Assembly (NCBI GenBank): GCA_048013815.1
Contig: CM106586.1
Location: 3,286,001-3,350,000, forward strand
Source: Setoptus koraiensis
Lineage: Eukaryota; Animalia; Arthropoda
DNA: 64,000 nucleotides
Reading direction: 5' to 3'
The translations under genes were made by a program, and so were the position numbers. Position 1 is the first letter of the stretch, and each line of letters opens with the position of its first letter. Below, one piece after another: positions 56,370-64,000 of this stretch. Below the pieces are notes generated by a model. It saw nothing but the letters and a program-made list of their open reading frames with translations. It made no database searches and was not told the DNA's origin.

Positions 56370-59300
56370 GGGTTCACTTGTGGCCGTCGGTCGTTGCTGT
56401 TGTTGGCGTCTGTGTCGGTGTTGCCGCCGCCGTCGGTGTTGCCGCTGCCGAGCCAAAGGCCAACTTCCTCCTTCGTCCACTCGCAGCGCAGCGCATTGTC
56501 TCGACCGGCCGCCTGGCTGGCTCGCCAGAACACTTGACACAATGTCGGCAGCAAGTGGGCAGCTTCCTACTTGCTCGGCGGCTCGCCGGCTCGGTGGCTC
56601 GCCGGCTGCCAGCGGACAGCACACGATGCCGCTCAACGGCCGGCCGCTCGATAGATGCCTATCGTGGCACCCTCAGCCAGCGGCCATAACAGCGCACCGA
56701 CTCGCCCGCCGAAAACCGGCCGGGTCTCACTCCAAATATACTCTCCGAGCCGCAAGCACATTCTCAACATGCCAAATATATGTCTATATATCGCTCCGGA
56801 TGTCGCTTCGAATATCGCTGGCAAGCGCAATATTCGAAGCCGGCCTTAGTGCCTTCGTCGGCGCCGGCGCCGGCCAGCAGCGGCGCTCGGGTGTGCCCGA
56901 CGAGCGCCGCCATAAATCAGAAAAGTGCCCAAAAGTGCAGTGTGGGTGCCCATTTTGGCCGATTGTGTGTGTGTGTGTGTGTGTGTCGGCCGGCGATTGC
57001 AATTGGCAAATTCAATTGCCCATTTCAACTGGCCAGTGCACCTGTCAGTTAGATATTGCGGCCGCTAGAGCGGCGCCAATCAATACAATGCACTCTGCAA
57101 TTGCCAGTCGGCCAGCCGGCCAGCCGGCCTGCCAAATGCATCTAGCCGGCGCGGCGTTTCCTCTTGCTGGCTACCTGGCCGGCTAACTCAATCTAGTGTG
57201 CGTCTAGTTTGCGATGACGGAAGAGTAGTGGACAACGCAAGTTGGTTGAACTCTCCTCTCCGCTGCTGAGTGAGATAAACATAGACCAGATGAGGGGATA
57301 AGGGGATGAGAGCGAGCGAGCGAGAGAGAGCAACAACAATACGACAACGACATGCTGATCAAGCCAGCGCCGTTCCTCTGCGAACAAACTGAACCAACCG
57401 AACACTACAACGGCACGACCATTAAGACCAACATCATCATCATCATCGTCGTCATACAACTGCTAACAACTTGTTGTTGTCGCCGGTGCAACCGAAGCTG
57501 CCACCGCCAACATTGCACTCTTGCCCACTGTGCTCTGGCTAGACACCATTCTGTTACCGTTACCATTTTCGCCATGCTCAATTCGCATACGCACACACTC
57601 ATTCGCTGCAAGTCGCAAGCAAGTGAGCCAGTTAGTAAAGTTACGTAATACCTAACGTTTGATAGCACACACAATGTATTTGAAATAATAAAATTCTTCA
57701 TGTGTTCATGCCTTGTAAATAGACCCGTCGCTCTAACTGAACCAATTTCTCCGTCGCAATGTTGTGTGTCTGTGTGTGTGTGTCTGTGTGTCTGTGTGAC
57801 CACCACTACAACTCTCGACTATGGCAAGATCGGCCAACAGAATCATCATCATGACTACGTAACATCAGCTGATCAACTGCTCATGTTGCAAGTGTGGGCA
57901 ACCTTCCAGTGCTAGTAAATGTAAAAACAACAACAACAACTACTACTACTACAATAGATGAATGGTTACATAGTTGGCGCATTTTCCAACGGAACTAGCC
58001 AAATAATAGAGCCAATGACCTCTCAATGGCATTATCATGTCACTTCTTTCTATTCTTTTCTTTGCCGTTTTTTTCTTCTTCACTACTTCACTCATCTCTC
58101 TCGCTAGCCATAGATCCTATTCTTTTTGCTTGCCTCCGTCAAACACACCAACAAACAGGCGCCACTGTAACCAGTTAATTGACGCCGAGTGCCTATTTAA
58201 CTGGCAACTTTAGCAACAAGATGATTAAAACTATACTACTACCATTACTACAAACTTTGATAACTTATGCATAGATAAAACAAAAAACTCGAATGAATAA
58301 ATGCAACTTGTCCTTGTTATTCCATCTCATGCCCAGCTTAAACCCCTTTATTGCTTTCTGGTTACACAGACTGACACAAAAATACATATTTTTACATACT
58401 CACAACATATACACATGCATTCATACCTATAAATTATATCATTTGTATATGGGTATCGATGCATTTATATATATGGCGACTATGTATGTTAGTATACCAC
58501 ATACACATACTACACAAACTAGTGCATAGACATATCATCTCGGTGATCCTTCGTCTTCATTAGTATTAATCCAGATAAAAGTATATTCATGCATCAAAAG
58601 CAATTGAAGGTTGAGATTTAAATATGATAATTTTCTCTTGCTCTCGAAGGAATTCGCTGATGGAAACATTAACTTGTTGTTTATTATCATCATGATAGTT
58701 TAGTAAGGAGAATCCGAAGTAGAGAGGGAACAAAAGTAAGCGGCGGCAGAAAAGAGAACAGTCGATTCTTTTCAACTCCACCAAGTTACATCCTTCTCTC
58801 GTTATCATTTCGTTTCTTTTGCCATGTGCTTTTTGATGTTTTAGTTGCTTATGGTTTCATTGCTTTAACGTTTTTTTTTTATTTTTTTTAAATTTTTTGT
58901 TTTTTTGTGAAGAATTCTTCCGAAATTCTAATATCATCTGATCGCATGTAGTATATCCTTTCGTCGAATTTGAGATTCAGTCGCACTTTTATAATATTAC
59001 AATTATATAAAGATTGTTTTGTTGTGATTATTACGAAGCTATTTTTGTTGCAATCATCCAGTGACGTGCTTCTTTCCGTTTTGTGTGTATGTGTATGGTC
59101 GTGGTGGTGTCTGAAGTCGTGTGGTTCATGTGATGCGATTCTAATGAGGATATTGGCAAGCTTGATATTCAAATTACATTTACCATTATAAACTTATATA
59201 TATCTAGACCATTACAAATGATCACACTTTCTTTCTTTTTGTATCGAGGTGATAGTATGATTTAATCATAAAGTTTCATCATCAAATGTTTTGTTTAGGT

Positions 59301-59721
59301 TTTTTGAGTTGTTTTGTATTGAACTATAATATGCGTGGTATCAAAAAGGGGTTTTTCGGGAAGGGGTTTCATCGGGTGGTTTGTATCCTATAGTTGAATA
59401 GTCGTAACTCTCATTCAATTAGTCGGATCGAATTAGATTCTCTTATGGTATGGTGTGTTACTGATAGTGTTTTGGTTGTTGTTTTTGGTGTTATGTGATT
59501 GCCTTGAGTGTTTTTTGTCTGAAAGTTAGATTGCTGTTTTTGTTTGGTTTGTTGTAGTTGTTGTTGTCTTTACCGGTTGTGCTTTAAGTCTTCTTTAATG
59601 AATAATGTGTTCCTGTTTTTTTGTTTTGTTTTATTAAGTGTGTGTGTCTTGTTGTTTGTGTTGTCTATAATTGTTCGTCCAGATTATTTGTTGCTGTTGT
59701 TGTTATTATTATTATCATTTT

Positions 59722-61152
<1,431 letters not shown>

Positions 61153-62199
61153 CTAGGTTGTCTTTTGTTTGTTAGTAGTCTACTATCCGATAATTGGCCG
61201 TGTTAGTTATTTACCGATCACTGATGATTGTTGGTTACTGGTGATGTAATAGTAGTAGTAGTTGTTGTCGCGTCTACGATCAGATTATTCGTCGAAGAAG
61301 AAGATGATCGATTCAATCCAGATGTACGCTGCTGCCGCCGATAATAAAATAATAGCAATATTGCAGTTGTTGTTGTTGTTGCCAGTGCTGCTGGTGCTGC
61401 CACCGCGGGCGCTGCCGCTGCCGTTGTTGTAGTTGTGATTAATAATGATGCTGTTGTTGTTGTTGTTGTCGTTGTTGGTAGTCGCTAATGTTGTTGTTGT
61501 TGGTGTTGTTGTGGATATTGAAAGTGTGTGTACGCAATGTGGAGATATTACGAGATGATGATGATGTCGGATGTTGTCTCATCTCATCTTGCCAACTACA
61601 TGTTCACTACTTGAATGTGTGATAAATACACACACACTAACTCACTCACTACTACTCACAAACAGATTCTGTTTAACAGAACATAAACACACACACACTT
61701 ACGCACACTAACAAACATACACGTATATATTTATATGTATAGTAATAATCCCATATATATATATAAATATATATATATTTATATACGATGTATGTATACG
61801 TGTCGACGATTGTTATTATTATTATTATTAAATATTATATTATTATTAGTGTTTTAAACGCTGGCGCTGTTGTCGCTGGTCGCTAGTGGATATTGTTGTT
61901 GTTGTTGTTGTTGTCGGTGATGTATATACGCAAAATCAATAGTGATGCTGATATTGGATATACATGGGGTATAATAATAATGATAATAATAGTAATAATA
62001 ATAAATACATACAACAGTCACAGTAACACACTACACGCAGACTACATCAACAAAAATTTCGTCTTCGTCGCCTAGGCATTCGTTGTCGAAATTTGTTTTA
62101 GTAGAATGGTTTAGTTTGTTAGTGTAGTGTAGTGATGGCCGATGGTGGTTGCATCTGAACGCAGCCAGTCACAGTCAGTCGGTCCAGCCAGCAATTGTA

Positions 62200-62550
62200 G
62201 ATCGAACGAACGGACGAACGAACGAACGAACGAACGAGCGAGCGAACGAGCGAACGAGCGAATTAACGAGCAAGCGAACGAGCGAACAACGAACAAGCAC
62301 ACACACACACAGTCATTACAGACACAAAGAGAACTTCTAGAAGTTTCATTTCTCTTTGTGCTCCCTCTGTCTCTGTGCTAACAACTGGCCCGAGTGTTCC
62401 AGTGCACACACACACACACACAGCACGCACAACAACGAGCACAACACAACAACAACGAGCACAACACAACAACAACGAGCACAACAACAACACAACGACC
62501 AGCACAACAACAGCACAACGACCAGCACAACACAACAACAGCACCACAGC
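62200..62550. repeat. Microsatellite cluster: (GAAC/GAGC)n, (CA)n and (CAA/ACA)-rich tracts upstream of Mnk
   Basis: Read directly. Confidence 0.85.
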
Positions 62551-64000
62551 GAACAGCAGACTGCTGCCTGAACAGACGGGCACAGAACGCTGAGAACAGA
62601 CGGACGGGCAGTCTGATAAAGTTCCACACAACGTACAGCCAGCCCTGGCAGCGCCTGCCTAGACTAGGCCCAGCGCCGTGCGTTACACACAGCCTATTAC
62701 ACAGTGTGTAACGCGACAACAAAAACAACAACAACAGCGGCGACCGTCTGCGCACGGCACTCGCGTCTGCCTTCCCCCACCATGCCATCGTGCCACCATT
62801 GGCAATCCACAGCACAGTCACTGCCACACAGAGGAGGAGGGCTCGCAGCGCGGCCCCCGTTCCCAGGCTGTTTACAAGTTGAGCCACTGTGACAGGGGCA
62901 CTGTTGCAGAGGGGGCGCGCGGAACGGGGGGGGGGCATGCAGTGAACAGCATGCGCTCATGTTATCCAACTGCCCCGTAATGCATGCACCAACGCAGCAC
63001 AGTAGAGCGTACAAAAGTAGCGCTGCATGTGAGACGAGTTGCTTTTGTGCATTCTTGGGCACCCATAGCCCACTGGCGACCATGCAGCAGCGCTGCCGAT
63101 GGCACGACCAGTTCCACTGCTGGCACCTCAGGCACCGGCAGTTAATCCAGTCTGCGAGACTGCCAGTCTGCACACAGTCGTGCACGGCTCGCAGGCAGTT
63201 GCAGGCAGGCTAACCGTGTCAGCATACTCGCTCGGCCTGCACTGCTGCCAACCAGTGCACTAGCCGCTGCGGGTGCGCCCGTCAACTATTCAGATGCACC
63301 TCTCTACGGCCAGCGGCAGCACTGGATTAAGTTGGCACGACTGCACCGATGATGCTGCACTGCTGATTGCAGCAGATAACACATCAACTGCCAACTGCCA
63401 GCAACAACAACAACGACGGCAACAACAGCAACAACAGCGACGGCAACAACAACAATGACAACGACAGCAGCATCAACAGCGACAACGGCATCGACAACAA
63501 CGAAGCCCACAGATGGCATGAGAAAGGGAGGCCGAGTTTGGAGCCCCCCTCGGCAGGACCCTCACTCAGTTGGCCGTAGCGGAGCGAGCAAGTGATAAAT
63601 GTGCATGGAGTAGCCCGAAGCCGAAGTAAACAGATGTAGAACAAAGAGGCTTGTTTTTGTTTTTATTTATTATTTTGTTTTTAGTTTCGCTGGCACTGGC
63701 ACGCCTCACCTTGCCTCGAGACAGGCACTGGCCCGGACAAGTTTGCTTCAGTGCGAGCAAATCGCTCGAGACAACACCAACAACTGGCTTGTGTCCGGAA
63801 CCTTAACGAGCCGAACAAGTTGTTTACATGGTTGCGCCATGGTCATTGCGACGAGACGATAATCGCCACGACGGCTGCAGGCTGGCCCGGCGACAGCAAC
63901 AACGACAACAACAACAACAACAACGGCCAGCACAACACGCTCCAGCCAACAAGTTTTGCAAATGCCCTTATATTGCAGTTGGCTGCGAATTGTCGCCTCG

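Noticed and set aside
56320-57186. 288-aa ORF in the second GC block
   Set aside because: Begins in a 14-bp tandem repeat, runs through a (GT)n tract, and has no protein-like features

Overview
Eukaryotic (animal, arthropod) genomic DNA. The very short intergenic spacers and mostly intronless genes point to a miniaturised mite genome, possibly eriophyoid-like; this is inference. The window alternates AT-rich, gene-dense blocks (about 1-19.2 kb, 40.4-52 kb, 58-61 kb) with visibly GC/CpG-rich non-coding blocks (about 19.3-40.3 kb, 52.2-57.2 kb, 62.3-64 kb). Recognisable genes: GALNT11/pgant35A, a secreted single-domain Cu-only-type SOD, synaptotagmin 1 (4 coding exons), PUS3, an S1 serine protease, Sgf11, calbindin-32/Cbp53E (8 exons rebuilt by hand, with a 20.7 kb intron 2), TFG, a TRIM2/3-like RING-Bbox-filamin-NHL protein and Mnk/Lk6. 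There are also an orphan ORF, a small secreted peptide, and two secreted low-complexity proteins sharing an N-terminal motif. Nearly all short ORFs in the GC-rich blocks look spurious. Most interesting observations: (1) a ~300-nt G-U-rich rod-like fold-back at 13736-14035, a candidate hairpin-RNA gene; (2) the giant calbindin intron, packed with ~50 GGGCCC sites and long palindromes; (3) the stand-alone animal Cu-only SOD; (4) the shared GK-x-I-x-R...GN-x-I motif protein family; (5) a secreted peptide ending DDYYHGRF; (6) a 14-bp-phased array of five AP-1-like sites. All alignments and counts were done by eye; no searches were run.
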